From NCBI GenBank assembly GCA_050010655.1, contig JBEKKP010000006.1, positions 8,716 through 72,715 on the forward strand: a stretch of DNA of 64,000 nucleotides, written 5' to 3'. Positions 26,545-38,312 of this stretch are shown here, in pieces. Source of the stretch: Candidatus Dormibacteria bacterium (lineage in GTDB: Bacteria; Chloroflexota; Dormibacteria; Aeolococcales; Aeolococcaceae). Within the stretch, counting starts at the first letter, position 1. Every line of letters starts with the position of its first letter. The notes below the pieces were generated by a model. The model saw only the letters and a program-made list of their open reading frames with translations. It made no database searches and had not been told where the DNA came from. The position numbers and the translations under genes were made by a program.

Positions 26545-29064
26545 GTGAGCCTCGACGACAGCCCGGAGTCCCGGCGGCGCCGGGCAGGCCTCCCGAACGG
26601 CTCCCGCCCCCCGATTCGCACGAATGCCTCGAACAACCCCGGGGTCGGCGCCGCGCAGGCGGCGGCGCGAGCGGAGCTGCGGCGCCGGCGCGCCAGTGCC
26701 TACCGGCATCTGCGCACCCCACGCAAACGCGGGCGCGTGTTGCGGATCGTCCTCATCGCGATCACCGTGGTCGCCGCGATCGGAGCCGGGACTGTCGGTG
26801 CAGTGTTCGCCGGTTACAACGCTTACAAGAGCCAGCTGCCCAGCGCGGCCACGATCACCAACATGGAGCCGGAGATCGACACCTCCGTCTACGACTCGAC
26901 TGGCGGCCTTATCCACGTCTTCCATAACCAGGACTACCGTCACATTCACACCGACCTGGATCAGATCTCGCCGTATTTCAAGGAAGCGATCGTCGCCATC
27001 GAGGATCACAACTTCTATACCGAGGGATCATGGGACCTCGCGCGCCTGGTCGAGTCGGGTGTCGCCGATGTGACCCACCGGAGCGCCGCGCTCCAGGGCG
27101 GCTCGACCATCACCGAGCAGCTCGCGAAGATCAGCCTCTACGGCGGTGCCGACCCGCCCCAGAGCATTGACTACAAGATCAAGGAGATCGTGCTCGGCAA
27201 CGAGATCGCGCTCAACTTCACCAAGAGCGCCATTCTCGACATGTACGTCAACCGTATTTTCTACGGCAACTTCGCGACCGGCGTGGGGACCGCCGCCGAG
27301 CTCTACTTCCTCAAGCCCGCGAGCGAGCTTGACCTTGCCCAGGCTGCCCTGCTCGCCGGCCTCCCACAGTCTCCTTCGTCATACAACCCGCTCATTCACA
27401 GCGCGACTCAAACGATCAATCCACTGGCCAAGGACCGTCAGAAGGCGGTGCTGCAGGCCATGCAAGCCAGCGGTTACATCACGCAGGCCGAGGGCATTGC
27501 CGCGTACAACGAACCGCTCAGCGTCCATTCGTGGACTCAGTCCGAGCCTCCGGCCACGTACGACATGGACTTTGTCGACTACCTCGAGTCCTACCTGAAC
27601 GGAGCCTTCCCGCAGTACGCGAATCCGGGTGGATACAACATCTACACCACCCTCAACCAGGCAGATCAGAACCTCGGGCAGGGCATCGTCACCAAGGTCG
27701 TGGCGGGGGAGCGCATCAAGGAGAACATGGGTGACGGTGCGCTCGTGAGCCTGGACCCGCAGAACGGCGAGGTGCTCGCGATGATCGGGAGCTGGAACTA
27801 CAACGATCCGTACTTTGGTGACAACAACTATGCCGCGACCGCGCAGCTGAACATGGGATCGACCACCAAGCTCTTCACCTACACCGCCGCCATCGCGTCG
27901 ACGAAGTTCACGATGACCACGCCGATCCTGGACGACTACTACGCCTTCCCGATCCCGGGCAGCCCGTCGTACAAGCCGTACGACGATGACCGTCGCACGC
28001 ATGGCGTCTGCCAGCTCAAATCATGCCTCGGGAACTCGCTGAACATACCAGCGGTCAAAACCGAGTACGCGACCGGGACGCAGTACATCGCGAACACCGA
28101 ACTGTCCATGGGTGTTCCTTCGCTCGAGGAGAACTGCGGAAAGAATCTTCAGGATGTGAACTGGCCTGGTCCCTACCAGTGGGCAGCGACACTCGGATCG
28201 CTGACTTGTGGGATCACGTTGCTCGATCTCGCGGACGGAGCGGCGACGCTCGGTGATCTCGGCGTCGAGCACAACCCGATGCCAGTCACCAAAATCGTGG
28301 CCGAGGGTACCGGTCAGACCGTCTGGACATACAACGCGGCAGCAGCTGGGCGCCAGGTGATCCCGGCCAATGTCGCGTTCATCATGGATGAGATCACCAG
28401 CAACGACAACAACCGCACCCTTGAGTTCGGGCGCAACGGCCCGCTGACCTTGAACCCACGCCGAGTGAGTGCCAAGACCGGAACGGCCGAGTTCTACCTG
28501 GACAACCTCACCGTCGGTTGGACTCCGACCCTGCTCACCGCGGTCTGGGTCGGCAACGAGCAACAGAGCTGTCTCCAGCCCAAGGACGACGCGTACATGG
28601 CGAAGGAGATCGCCAAGGGCAACGTCTACGATGACGACCAGGAAGGCATCGGCTACCCGTTCAGCCCGCACGACCTGGCGCATTACGGCTTGCAGCCGGC
28701 CCACCCCAGCACTCCCGATTGCGGGCACCTCGATGGCGTCATTTCGGGATACAGCGGTGCAGCTCCCATCTGGCACGCGTACATGCTGGCTGCGCTGAAG
28801 GGCGTTCCCGACACCTGGTACACGCCGCCACCGGACCTGATCACCGTGAGCACCGGGCAGGGGTTCGACGACAGCAACTTCTACCTCCCCGGAACCGGGC
28901 CCGACGCGCCCGCCGGCCAGTGCACGTACTACGGCGTCACGCCACTCCCGACCCAGACCTGCACGTACGCCGGCCCGTCGGCGGCACCACCTCCGCCCAC
29001 CACCAGCCCGAGCCCGTCGCCCGGAGGCGGCCCCACGCCGACACCTTCGCCGTCGCCCACGTAA
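26545..29064 (+). CDS. Class A penicillin-binding protein (transglycosylase/transpeptidase)
   Basis: GT51 motifs AIVAIEDHNFYTEGSWD, GGSTITEQLAK and RKxxE-like KIKEIVLGNEI. It has a TM anchor VLRIVLIAITVVAAIGAG, a transpeptidase region with GSTTKLF (SxxK), and a Pro/Ser/Thr-rich tail. Confidence 0.9.
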   Translation: MSLDDSPESRRRRAGLPNGSRPPIRTNASNNPGVGAAQAAARAELRRRRASAYRHLRTPRKRGRVLRIVLIAITVVAAIGAGTVGAVFAGYNAYKSQLPSAATITNMEPEIDTSVYDSTGGLIHVFHNQDYRHIHTDLDQISPYFKEAIVAIEDHNFYTEGSWDLARLVESGVADVTHRSAALQGGSTITEQLAKISLYGGADPPQSIDYKIKEIVLGNEIALNFTKSAILDMYVNRIFYGNFATGVGTAAELYFLKPASELDLAQAALLAGLPQSPSSYNPLIHSATQTINPLAKDRQKAVLQAMQASGYITQAEGIAAYNEPLSVHSWTQSEPPATYDMDFVDYLESYLNGAFPQYANPGGYNIYTTLNQADQNLGQGIVTKVVAGERIKENMGDGALVSLDPQNGEVLAMIGSWNYNDPYFGDNNYAATAQLNMGSTTKLFTYTAAIASTKFTMTTPILDDYYAFPIPGSPSYKPYDDDRRTHGVCQLKSCLGNSLNIPAVKTEYATGTQYIANTELSMGVPSLEENCGKNLQDVNWPGPYQWAATLGSLTCGITLLDLADGAATLGDLGVEHNPMPVTKIVAEGTGQTVWTYNAAAAGRQVIPANVAFIMDEITSNDNNRTLEFGRNGPLTLNPRRVSAKTGTAEFYLDNLTVGWTPTLLTAVWVGNEQQSCLQPKDDAYMAKEIAKGNVYDDDQEGIGYPFSPHDLAHYGLQPAHPSTPDCGHLDGVISGYSGAAPIWHAYMLAALKGVPDTWYTPPPDLITVSTGQGFDDSNFYLPGTGPDAPAGQCTYYGVTPLPTQTCTYAGPSAAPPPPTTSPSPSPGGGPTPTPSPSPT

Positions 29065-29080
29065 TCCGCGCGAGCGCCGG

Positions 29081-29833
29081 CTAGGAGCCCATCCGTTTCT
29101 GGCGGGCGCGCTCCCACACCGCATCGAGGTCCTCGAGGACCGGGAGCGCTGAATCGGCGCCAATGGCCTCCGCCGGTACGTCCCCATCGATCAGCGGCGC
29201 GAACGAGGCGTGCACATGGCAGACCACGACGTTGTGGCGCGCCGGACGGCCCTCGATCTCGTCGAGCCCGAGAAGCGACCACCAGTAGTCGAGCGTGACG
29301 TCGGAGGCGGCGGAGAGCACGGCCGAGTGGGAGAGCAACGGCAGTTCAGGGTTCTCGGAACCGCCCGCGAACACATGCAGCAACTCACCGAACGCCTCGC
29401 CGTCGATCTCGGCATCGACGACGATCCGGCCGGACCCGTCAGGGGTCTCCTGGTCGATCACCGCGTCATCGACGGTGATGGTGTCGAGCTTCCGCCCGAA
29501 CTCACCAAGATTGAACACGTCCGGACGGGAGCGGAGCACCCCGAACCCTTCCCCGGCGACCGAGTACAGGCTGGTGCCGTCACCTTCGGCGATGCGGACG
29601 ACGAGCGTCTCGGCGCCGAGCGCGCCGGCGGTGAGCGCCGCCCTGACGACCTCCCCGTCTCGAACAGTCAGGTCGGCATCGAACGTGCGCTGCTCGATTC
29701 GCTTCGCTTCGGTGCCCGCTGCCGCCTGGTCCGCAACGACCGAGGTCCGCTCCTCGAAGTGGATGCCAACTCGCATCCCGTGCCGCGTGTCCAGGCGATC
29801 GAGAAGGCAGCGATAGAGAGCGCCGAGGGTCAT
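29081..29833 (-). CDS. Hypothetical acidic cytoplasmic protein
   Basis: The track ORF runs to 29896. I prefer the ATG at 29833 (MTLGALYRCLLDRL). No recognisable motif and no TM segments. Confidence 0.55.
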   Translation of the reverse strand: MTLGALYRCLLDRLDTRHGMRVGIHFEERTSVVADQAAAGTEAKRIEQRTFDADLTVRDGEVVRAALTAGALGAETLVVRIAEGDGTSLYSVAGEGFGVLRSRPDVFNLGEFGRKLDTITVDDAVIDQETPDGSGRIVVDAEIDGEAFGELLHVFAGGSENPELPLLSHSAVLSAASDVTLDYWWSLLGLDEIEGRPARHNVVVCHVHASFAPLIDGDVPAEAIGADSALPVLEDLDAVWERARQKRMGS

Positions 29834-29942
29834 CTTCGGCTGGATCGTCGTGGCGCTCCTGCCTGATGGCACCGGGTGACCATAGCCCAAACGCACCCCA
29901 CCGATTCGGGCGTGCCGGGGTCCGATCGGTAGACTGAACCAA

Positions 29943-31319
29943 GTGACGGACGCGGCACCACCCAGCTACGCCGCGCCGCCGCCCGGACCCAACCCGGTCG
30001 CCCTGGCGATCGCTCAGGATCTCGTGACGCGGTACCGACTGCGCCTGGCCGACCAGCGAGACGGCCGTCTCGGAGCGCTGTTGGGGCAGTACGTGCTGGC
30101 CGCCGCGATGTGGAATGGTCCCCGCGCGGCGCTCGTTGCCTTTTATGAGCCGCCGGCCGACCCTGCCGCGGCAGGAACCGACCTCGCGGCGCGCTGTGAC
30201 GCGGCGCGGCGCTGGGGCCTCGAGCGCCTGCAGCAGCAAGGTGCCCAGGTCTGCGACATCCTCCTGATCTCGCTCGGCCCGCTGGCCGGAACCCTGTCCG
30301 CAGCGACGACCCCCGGCGACCCGGTGCGGCTGGGTGTCGCGTGGGTGGACACGGTCAACGCCAATGCCGGTGCTGTCCTGCCGATCCCACCCGGCATGCC
30401 TCCCGTCGGCGAGTTGCGGGCTCGCGTGCGGGCGGTGCATGACGGCGCGCCGGTGCCGACGCTCGCCGCCGTCGACCTGGCCGAGCGGCAGACCGTCGCG
30501 GGCGGGTACGTCGCCCCAGTGCGGCGCGCGATGGTCACGCAGCCGTACATGACGTACGGGCTGATCGCGGTGTTCGTGGCGATCTGGCTCGTCGAGTTCT
30601 CGATACCCTCACTTCGTACAGGCCTGGTGAGCAGTTTCTGCGCCGCCGGGGCACTCCCGAACGCCCAGTGGTACGGGGCGATCGGGCAGACCCCCGCCTG
30701 TGACGTCGCGTGGTGGCGATTCGTCAGCAGCTCCTTCCTCCACGACCCCACGAGCGTCTATCACGTCCTCTTCAACAGCATTGCGATGCTCTTCATCGGC
30801 AGGCTGGTCGAGCAGCTCTACGGGCGGCTCGTGCTGCTCGGCGTCTTTCTCATCACTGCGATCGCCGGCGGCTTGCTCTGGGTTGCGGTGAGCACCTTCG
30901 CGCCGGGTCTGCCGGGCATCGCGACGCCTGATATCTCCCTTGGCGCGTCAGGCGGAATCGCCGGCCTGATCGGCCTGCTGATCATGCTCGGCAGGGTGCA
31001 GGGCAAGAACGTGCCCGTTGGGATCACGCATACCGTGCGCAACTACGCGGTGACCGTCATCGTCCTCAATGTCGTGCTCACGTTCGTGTTCGGCAACGGG
31101 CTCGATATCAACAATTACGCGCACATCGGCGGCCTCGTTGCAGGCGCAGCGCTCGGGCTGGTCATTCCCCCGATCATGGCGATCGGCGGACGCGATCACG
31201 CGATCCTCGAGAAAATCATGCTCTGGGGAGCGATCGCATTCAGCGTTGCGTCGCTGCTCTTTGCGCTGCTCAACCTCGCGACGGCGATCATGCATCCGCC
31301 GTCTTTCTTCGGCCCGTGA
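29943..31319 (+). CDS. Rhomboid family intramembrane serine protease with long N-terminal domain
   Basis: GTG start. The rhomboid core has SSFLHDPTSVYHVLFNSIAMLFIG, GASGGIAGLIG (catalytic Ser) and NYAHIGGLVAGAALG (His). About 190 aa precede the first TM segment. Confidence 0.85.
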   Translation: MTDAAPPSYAAPPPGPNPVALAIAQDLVTRYRLRLADQRDGRLGALLGQYVLAAAMWNGPRAALVAFYEPPADPAAAGTDLAARCDAARRWGLERLQQQGAQVCDILLISLGPLAGTLSAATTPGDPVRLGVAWVDTVNANAGAVLPIPPGMPPVGELRARVRAVHDGAPVPTLAAVDLAERQTVAGGYVAPVRRAMVTQPYMTYGLIAVFVAIWLVEFSIPSLRTGLVSSFCAAGALPNAQWYGAIGQTPACDVAWWRFVSSSFLHDPTSVYHVLFNSIAMLFIGRLVEQLYGRLVLLGVFLITAIAGGLLWVAVSTFAPGLPGIATPDISLGASGGIAGLIGLLIMLGRVQGKNVPVGITHTVRNYAVTVIVLNVVLTFVFGNGLDINNYAHIGGLVAGAALGLVIPPIMAIGGRDHAILEKIMLWGAIAFSVASLLFALLNLATAIMHPPSFFGP

Positions 31320-31338
31320 CCGTGCCGAGGGACCTGGG

Positions 31339-31680
31339 TCAGACCGCGCGCTCTCCTGCGGGATCGCCCCACAGACCTTCGAGGTCGTAGAAAGTCCGCT
31401 CTCCGGGCAGGAACACGTGCGCGATCACCGCATCGAAATCCGCGCATGCCCACGATGCGTCCTTGAGACCGGCGACCGCGAGAGCTCGCACGCCATGCTG
31501 CTTGCAGACGTCCGTGATATTGTCAGTAATGGCGCGAACTTGACGGTCGGTGTCACCTTCGCAGATAACGAAATAGTCGGCGATGGTGGTCTTGCCGCGG
31601 ATGTCGAGGATGACCACGTCACGCGCCTTCTTGTCGGCGGCAGCGGCGGCGATGATGCCGGCCAGATCGGTGGATGTCAT
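31339..31680 (-). CDS. rsfS: Ribosome silencing factor RsfS (iojap-like)
   Basis: MTSTDLAGIIAAAAADKKARDVVILDIRGKTTIADYFVICEGDTDRQVRAI. An alternative ATG lies at 31698. Confidence 0.85.
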   Translation of the reverse strand: MTSTDLAGIIAAAAADKKARDVVILDIRGKTTIADYFVICEGDTDRQVRAITDNITDVCKQHGVRALAVAGLKDASWACADFDAVIAHVFLPGERTFYDLEGLWGDPAGERAV

Positions 31681-31690
31681 CCGCTTTTCA

Positions 31691-33597
<1,907 letters not shown>

Positions 33598-33915
33598 TTA
33601 GCCGGTCGCTGCGACCGGCTCCTCGTCGGGCTCTTCGATCATCTCGCCAACCGAGAAGATCGGCATCGCGCGCACGTTCGCGCGCGTCCTGTCGTGGCCG
33701 GTGTGATCGTAGGCAACGGTGCCGGTACGCAATGCGAAGAGCGTGTGGTCGCGACCGACACCAACGTGCTCACCCGCGAGGATCTTGGTGCCGCGCTGAC
33801 GCACGAGGATGGTGCCCGCGAGGACGACCTCGCCGGTGTGGCGCTTCACGCCGAGGCGCTTCGCCTTGGAGTCGCGGCCGTTGCGGGAGCTCCCGCCGCC
33901 TTTCTTATGCGCCAT
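33598..33915 (-). CDS. rpmA: 50S ribosomal protein L27 (with acidic C-terminal extension)
   Basis: ATG at 33915. [44 protein letters not shown]. About 20 extra residues follow ([20 protein letters not shown]). Confidence 0.95.
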   Translation of the reverse strand: MAHKKGGGSSRNGRDSKAKRLGVKRHTGEVVLAGTILVRQRGTKILAGEHVGVGRDHTLFALRTGTVAYDHTGHDRTRANVRAMPIFSVGEMIEEPDEEPVAATG

Positions 33916-34489
33916 CTGCCGGTTCCTTCTTGGGTTTCGGCGTCCGCGCACGCTTCGGTGCGGCTGCCTTCTCGACAGGCTTGTCAGCTGCCTCGGCGGC
34001 CTCCTCCACCGCGAGCTCGGCCACGGCAACCTCTGTTTCGACCGCCTGAGCCTCTGCCGCAATCGCCTTGGCTTCGGTTTCCAGCTGCGCCGCCTCTGCG
34101 GCCACCGCGTCTGGCTTGGCAGCCTTCGGTGCGGCAGCGCGTTTTGGGGCTGCCGCCTTCGGCTTGGTATCGGCCTTGCCGCGCCCGACCTCGTCGATGA
34201 GGAGCTCCGTCAGCTGGCTGCGATACCCGAGGGTGCGCCGGTGACGCTTCTTGGGCTTGTAGCTGAAGACACGGATCTTGCGTCCGCGCCGATGCGCGAT
34301 CACGGTCGCCGTGACCGATGCCTCGACGGGCGATCCCTTGGCGACGTCGGTCTCGGCGCCGTCACCGATCAGGAGCACCGACTCCAGGGTCACGACCGAT
34401 CCGACCTCGACTGGAATGCGGTCAACAAGGATCCGGTCGCCTGAAGCGACACGGTATTGGTGACCGCCGTGTTGAAGGATTGCGTACAT
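33905..34489 (-). CDS. rplU: 50S ribosomal protein L21 (with about 90-aa Ala/Lys/Glu-rich C-terminal extension)
   Basis: [25 protein letters not shown]...[31 protein letters not shown], followed by a low-complexity tail. It overlaps the rpmA start by 11 nt. Confidence 0.9.
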   Translation of the reverse strand: MYAILQHGGHQYRVASGDRILVDRIPVEVGSVVTLESVLLIGDGAETDVAKGSPVEASVTATVIAHRRGRKIRVFSYKPKKRHRRTLGYRSQLTELLIDEVGRGKADTKPKAAAPKRAAAPKAAKPDAVAAEAAQLETEAKAIAAEAQAVETEVAVAELAVEEAAEAADKPVEKAAAPKRARTPKPKKEPADGA

Positions 34490-34604
34490 GTGCCTCTCTC
34501 GCCGGGAGCGGGTTCACTCCACTGAGGAACGCCGGCAAATACCGGGCGCGATACGCGAGGTTACCACGTGAGCGAGGGATCAGGCCCTCCGCAACACCAC
34601 CCGG

Positions 34605-35534
34605 CTAGGTGCTGAAGACGCTGACCGGGGCGACCTTGTCGATCTCGACGTGGTCGCGGGAGGCGTCGGTCACCGAGACCTGGACGGTGTAGACGCCCGT
34701 ACTGGGGGCGGGGATGCACTGGGCAATGAACTGGATCGTCAGCGTGCCGGGCCCCAGCGTTGTCTGCGGTGGTAACTCGAATCCGCCGTAAAAGACGATG
34801 TAGGCGCCCTTCACCGGCTGTATGAGCGACTCCTCCGACGCATTCCCGGCGAAGGGCTGGATGGTCGACTGATACTCCAGCACCGGCGGGAGGGTCACGA
34901 GCACCTCGACGGTGGGCGCGATCCCGGTTCCCTTGTTGGTGACGGTGACCCGATAGGTCACCTGGCCATTGGGGTGGACCGTCGTCGGCCCGACCGATGC
35001 CGTGACACCGAGTTCCGGGGCCTCATTGACCTCGACTTGGAGCGGGCGGCTCTGGACTGTGTCGCTGAGGGTGTCGTCGACAACCTCCGCCATGAGCGAG
35101 TAGGTATTGGGCTGCGCATCGATGGTGACCCCGAAGTCGATCGTCACGTTGGCGTATGCCGCTTTCCCGTTTGGCATCGTCGGCGCGGACAGCGACCACA
35201 CGCCCCAGTGCGGGTTCGACACGCCGACGAGCGCGTCCTGCGGCGTCGTGTTCGCAGCGCCGCTGGAGGTGATCAGGTTGGTCGACTCGAACTCGAACGA
35301 CGAGGGCATGACCGCGTTGACCACAACGCCAGAAGCGTTACCGGGCCCCAGGTTCTGCACCTCTGCCTGGAAATCGGCATCGGTCGCCCCGGGCGTATAC
35401 GAGGCCCCGAACAGCGAGGTCAACGTGATGGAGAGTTGCGCGGTCTCCGAGCTGCATGAGGTGACGAACAGCACGACCGGGGCCAGGAGCGAGAGGGCAA
35501 GAATGCCCGTCAGGTGGGACGCCAGAGTCCGCAC
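34605..35534 (-). CDS. Lipoprotein with two DUF11-like (conserved repeat) beta-sandwich domains
   Basis: Signal plus lipobox (LLAPVVLFVTSC). The two domains carry FQAEVQNLGPGNASGVVVNAVMP and VTYRVTVTNKGTGIAPTVEVLVTLPP patterns. Confidence 0.7.
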   Translation of the reverse strand: MRTLASHLTGILALSLLAPVVLFVTSCSSETAQLSITLTSLFGASYTPGATDADFQAEVQNLGPGNASGVVVNAVMPSSFEFESTNLITSSGAANTTPQDALVGVSNPHWGVWSLSAPTMPNGKAAYANVTIDFGVTIDAQPNTYSLMAEVVDDTLSDTVQSRPLQVEVNEAPELGVTASVGPTTVHPNGQVTYRVTVTNKGTGIAPTVEVLVTLPPVLEYQSTIQPFAGNASEESLIQPVKGAYIVFYGGFELPPQTTLGPGTLTIQFIAQCIPAPSTGVYTVQVSVTDASRDHVEIDKVAPVSVFST

Positions 35535-35554
35535 CCGTCCGCTCCGCGAAACGG

Positions 35555-36214
35555 TCAGACCCTGCTGGCGGTGCGAAGCGGCGCAAGCGGACGCCGCTGC
35601 CGCGTCGCGGTCAGCATGATGTCGGTGGTCCGAGGCAGGGGATCGGGGTAGCCGATCTCACCGAGCAGGCGCAGCGCCAGGCCGACGTCGAGCCCGATCA
35701 CGGTGTCGATCCTGCCGGCCACGGCCTCGACGAAATCAGAGCCGCCGCCCTGGATCGCATAGGCGCCGGCCCGATCGAGGGGCTCGCCGGAAGCGACGTA
35801 CATGTCAAGCGCGTCATCGCTGAAGTCGCAGAACTTGACAGCCGAGCGGCTCACACCGAGCGCCTCGTGGTCACTCTCGGTGCACATGGCGCAGACGCCG
35901 GTGAGCACCGTGTGGCGCTTGCCACGCAGATCGTTGAGCATCTCGCGCGCCATCTCGGGCGTGCGCGGCTTGCCAAGCGGTCCGTGAGGGCCGACCACGA
36001 TCGTGTCCGCGCTGAGGACGTACGTCCCGGCACTGACGAGCTTGCTCACCGCAACCGCCTTCTGGCGAGCGACGAGTTGGACGGCCAGCTCGGCGCTGAC
36101 TCCAGCCGGGAGCGCAACGTCCTCAGGTGGCTCCATGACCCGGAAACGGATCCCGGCCCGGGTCAGCAGCTCGCGCCGGCGAGGCGACCGGGAGGCGAGG
36201 ACGATTCCAATCAC
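35555..36214 (-). CDS. maf: Maf-like nucleoside triphosphate pyrophosphatase
   Basis: IVLASRSPRRRELL, LSADTIV, KP and GAYAIQG motifs. Confidence 0.85.
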   Translation of the reverse strand: MIGIVLASRSPRRRELLTRAGIRFRVMEPPEDVALPAGVSAELAVQLVARQKAVAVSKLVSAGTYVLSADTIVVGPHGPLGKPRTPEMAREMLNDLRGKRHTVLTGVCAMCTESDHEALGVSRSAVKFCDFSDDALDMYVASGEPLDRAGAYAIQGGGSDFVEAVAGRIDTVIGLDVGLALRLLGEIGYPDPLPRTTDIMLTATRQRRPLAPLRTASRV

Positions 36215-36325
36215 GTGGCGTTCACGCGCGCAACAGCCGCATCGAAATCTCGCGCCAACTCACATCTCATGCTAGCACCGCGACGCCGCCCCCAGTTGAT
36301 GCCGTCGGCGTTCACGCACAAGGCT

Positions 36326-37063
36326 TTATGGCCGTGCCGCGACCACTGCGACGACCGATGCGGCGACCGAGCACAGCCAGGCGATGGCAACCACCGGAAC
36401 CGACTCTCCCTGCGTCACGGCACGGCCAATCCGCAACAGGAGCGCATAGACGGCCGTTGACGCAACGATCCCGAGAACCCAGAGCGGCCCGAGTGGCCAC
36501 TGCTGCCCCGGCGGTATCACGATGGCGAGGACGACCTCGAGCGATGCCGCGACCACCATGGCCCTCGCCACCACGGATGCGTGCGAGAACTGCGGTTTGA
36601 TCACGATCGGCAGGGCCACCAGCACCGCGATCACGGTGAGGATGCGGGCAGCGTCCGCGGCGCCGCCCGTCGCGGCCGCGATATCGGTGCTCGAGAACGA
36701 CGTTGCCCCAAGCCCCAGAAGGATAATTGCGATCCCGCCAAAGGTGACAAGAACACGCCGCCGCCGCGACCACGGCTCCGGTGCGACGAGCGCCCCGGCG
36801 ACAACGACGAGGAGCACAGCCGCGATGAGGTTCGGGGTCGCACCTCCGTCCGGCGGCAGTGAAGCGGCGGGGGTTCCCGGCAGCGGAGCCATGGCCGCGG
36901 CGACGACAGCAGCGGCGACGGCCGCCAGACCGCGAATGTCGAGGGCCGCACCCCGAGGGAGCCCGGCGCCGCGGAACGTGATCCATGCCAGCGCAGCAAG
37001 GAACAGGCCGCCCGGATAGACGGCCAGCGCCACGACCTCGAGGAGCAGTCCGAGTGGGTCCAT
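36326..37063 (-). CDS. Uncharacterised polytopic membrane protein (operon member 4)
   Basis: The start is trimmed to the ATG at 37063 (MDPLGLLLEVVALAVYPGG), 4 nt after the upstream stop. About 7 hydrophobic segments, no soluble domain. Confidence 0.65.
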   Translation of the reverse strand: MDPLGLLLEVVALAVYPGGLFLAALAWITFRGAGLPRGAALDIRGLAAVAAAVVAAAMAPLPGTPAASLPPDGGATPNLIAAVLLVVVAGALVAPEPWSRRRRVLVTFGGIAIILLGLGATSFSSTDIAAATGGAADAARILTVIAVLVALPIVIKPQFSHASVVARAMVVAASLEVVLAIVIPPGQQWPLGPLWVLGIVASTAVYALLLRIGRAVTQGESVPVVAIAWLCSVAASVVAVVAARP

Positions 37064-37067
37064 CGCC

Positions 37068-38312
37068 TCAGTGCCCGAACACGAATCCGGCGAGCGACTG
37101 CGGCGCAAGGCCGACGGCGACGCCGATGGCGACCAGCAGCCAGGCCGCGAGCTCCGGGACGCGCCCTCGCAACCCGTGGTCGGGAGCGAGGCGCACCCCC
37201 GTCGAGCACGCCATGACCGAGGCGACGAAGATGGCTCCCATCGCGATCACCGCGGCGATCGTCGATCCGATATTTCCCGCGGCGAGGGCTTCGAGGATGA
37301 GCAGACGCCCCCAGAACGTCGGCGAAGGCGGCACCCCGCTGAGGAGTGCCCAGGCAACCCGGCGAGGCCAGCGCAGTCCGGCATCCTCCGATCGCAGCAG
37401 GATCGGCGCGAGCGCGAGGTGGGTGATCACGATGATCAGCGCCCCGGTCAGCGCCGGCGAGGCCGGCGCCCCCTCCACCGCGGCGACGCAGAGCGCGATG
37501 TCCGCCATGAAAACGCGGCCGTAGCGCATGGCGGTCCGGCCACGGATTGCCCAGAGGCCTCCCCACACGGCACTTCCCAGCCCGATGACCAGCAGGACGT
37601 GCTCGTAGACGGGTGTCCCCGCGCCGAGGTTTCCCCCGGGAATCCGCTCGGCGATGATGAGGACGACGGGCACGAGGAGTACGAGCCAGGGCGCAACGTC
37701 GGCGGGCTTGAGCGCGCCGATCAGCCCGGTCGCCCAACCTCCGAGGGGATATACGGCGAGGAGCGCGGCAATGCCCGTTGCGAGCAGGACTCCCACCACC
37801 ACCGGGCGGGCACCGGTCGTGAACCCGGTGAGCGGCAGGAATGGCGAGGCCGCCACGAGCGCGGCGGTTCCGGTTCCCGCCACCCGGCCTGCCGCAAGGG
37901 TTGCCTTTCCCGGCGACAGGTCAATCCAGCGGAGCACGAGCGTCGCGATCGCCGCGCCGATCGCCACCGCGGTGACGAGCGGGTCGTTGCTCGCCATCGC
38001 GATCGTGGCAGCAGCGCCCACAACGCCGATGGCCCGCCCCGCGGACACGTCGATCGAGGGCTGGAGGAGCAGTACCAGCGCAAGCGAGATACCGGCGGCC
38101 ACGAGCACCCCCTGGCCAGTCCGGTCGAGCCCCGTGATGCCGGTGAGCCCGCCGAGCGGGACTGCGGCGATCGACGTTCGCGTGGCCAGCAGCGTCACGG
38201 CTGCCCCCACCAGCGGGACCAGCGCCACCAGCCGGGCAGTGCGTCTGCGGAGGAATGCCGACGACACGAGGCCAAGCCCGAGCCACACGCCGGCGACGGC
38301 GAAGGGATTCAT
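37068..38312 (-). CDS. Uncharacterised polytopic membrane protein, faint antiporter-like (NuoN/MrpD-type) resemblance (operon member 3)
   Basis: The start is trimmed to the ATG at 38312 (MNPFAVAGVWLGLGLV), with an ATGA overlap to the upstream stop. 414 aa, Ala/Gly/Leu/Val-rich, with high third-position GC. Confidence 0.65.
   Translation of the reverse strand: MNPFAVAGVWLGLGLVSSAFLRRRTARLVALVPLVGAAVTLLATRTSIAAVPLGGLTGITGLDRTGQGVLVAAGISLALVLLLQPSIDVSAGRAIGVVGAAATIAMASNDPLVTAVAIGAAIATLVLRWIDLSPGKATLAAGRVAGTGTAALVAASPFLPLTGFTTGARPVVVGVLLATGIAALLAVYPLGGWATGLIGALKPADVAPWLVLLVPVVLIIAERIPGGNLGAGTPVYEHVLLVIGLGSAVWGGLWAIRGRTAMRYGRVFMADIALCVAAVEGAPASPALTGALIIVITHLALAPILLRSEDAGLRWPRRVAWALLSGVPPSPTFWGRLLILEALAAGNIGSTIAAVIAMGAIFVASVMACSTGVRLAPDHGLRGRVPELAAWLLVAIGVAVGLAPQSLAGFVFGH

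Noticed and set aside
36217-36317. 11-nt direct repeat GGCGTTCACGC at 36217..36227 and 36307..36317, upstream of maf
   Set aside because: My rough estimate is that about one 11-mer repeat within 100 nt is expected by chance somewhere in 64 kb of biased-composition DNA. No further structure surrounds it.
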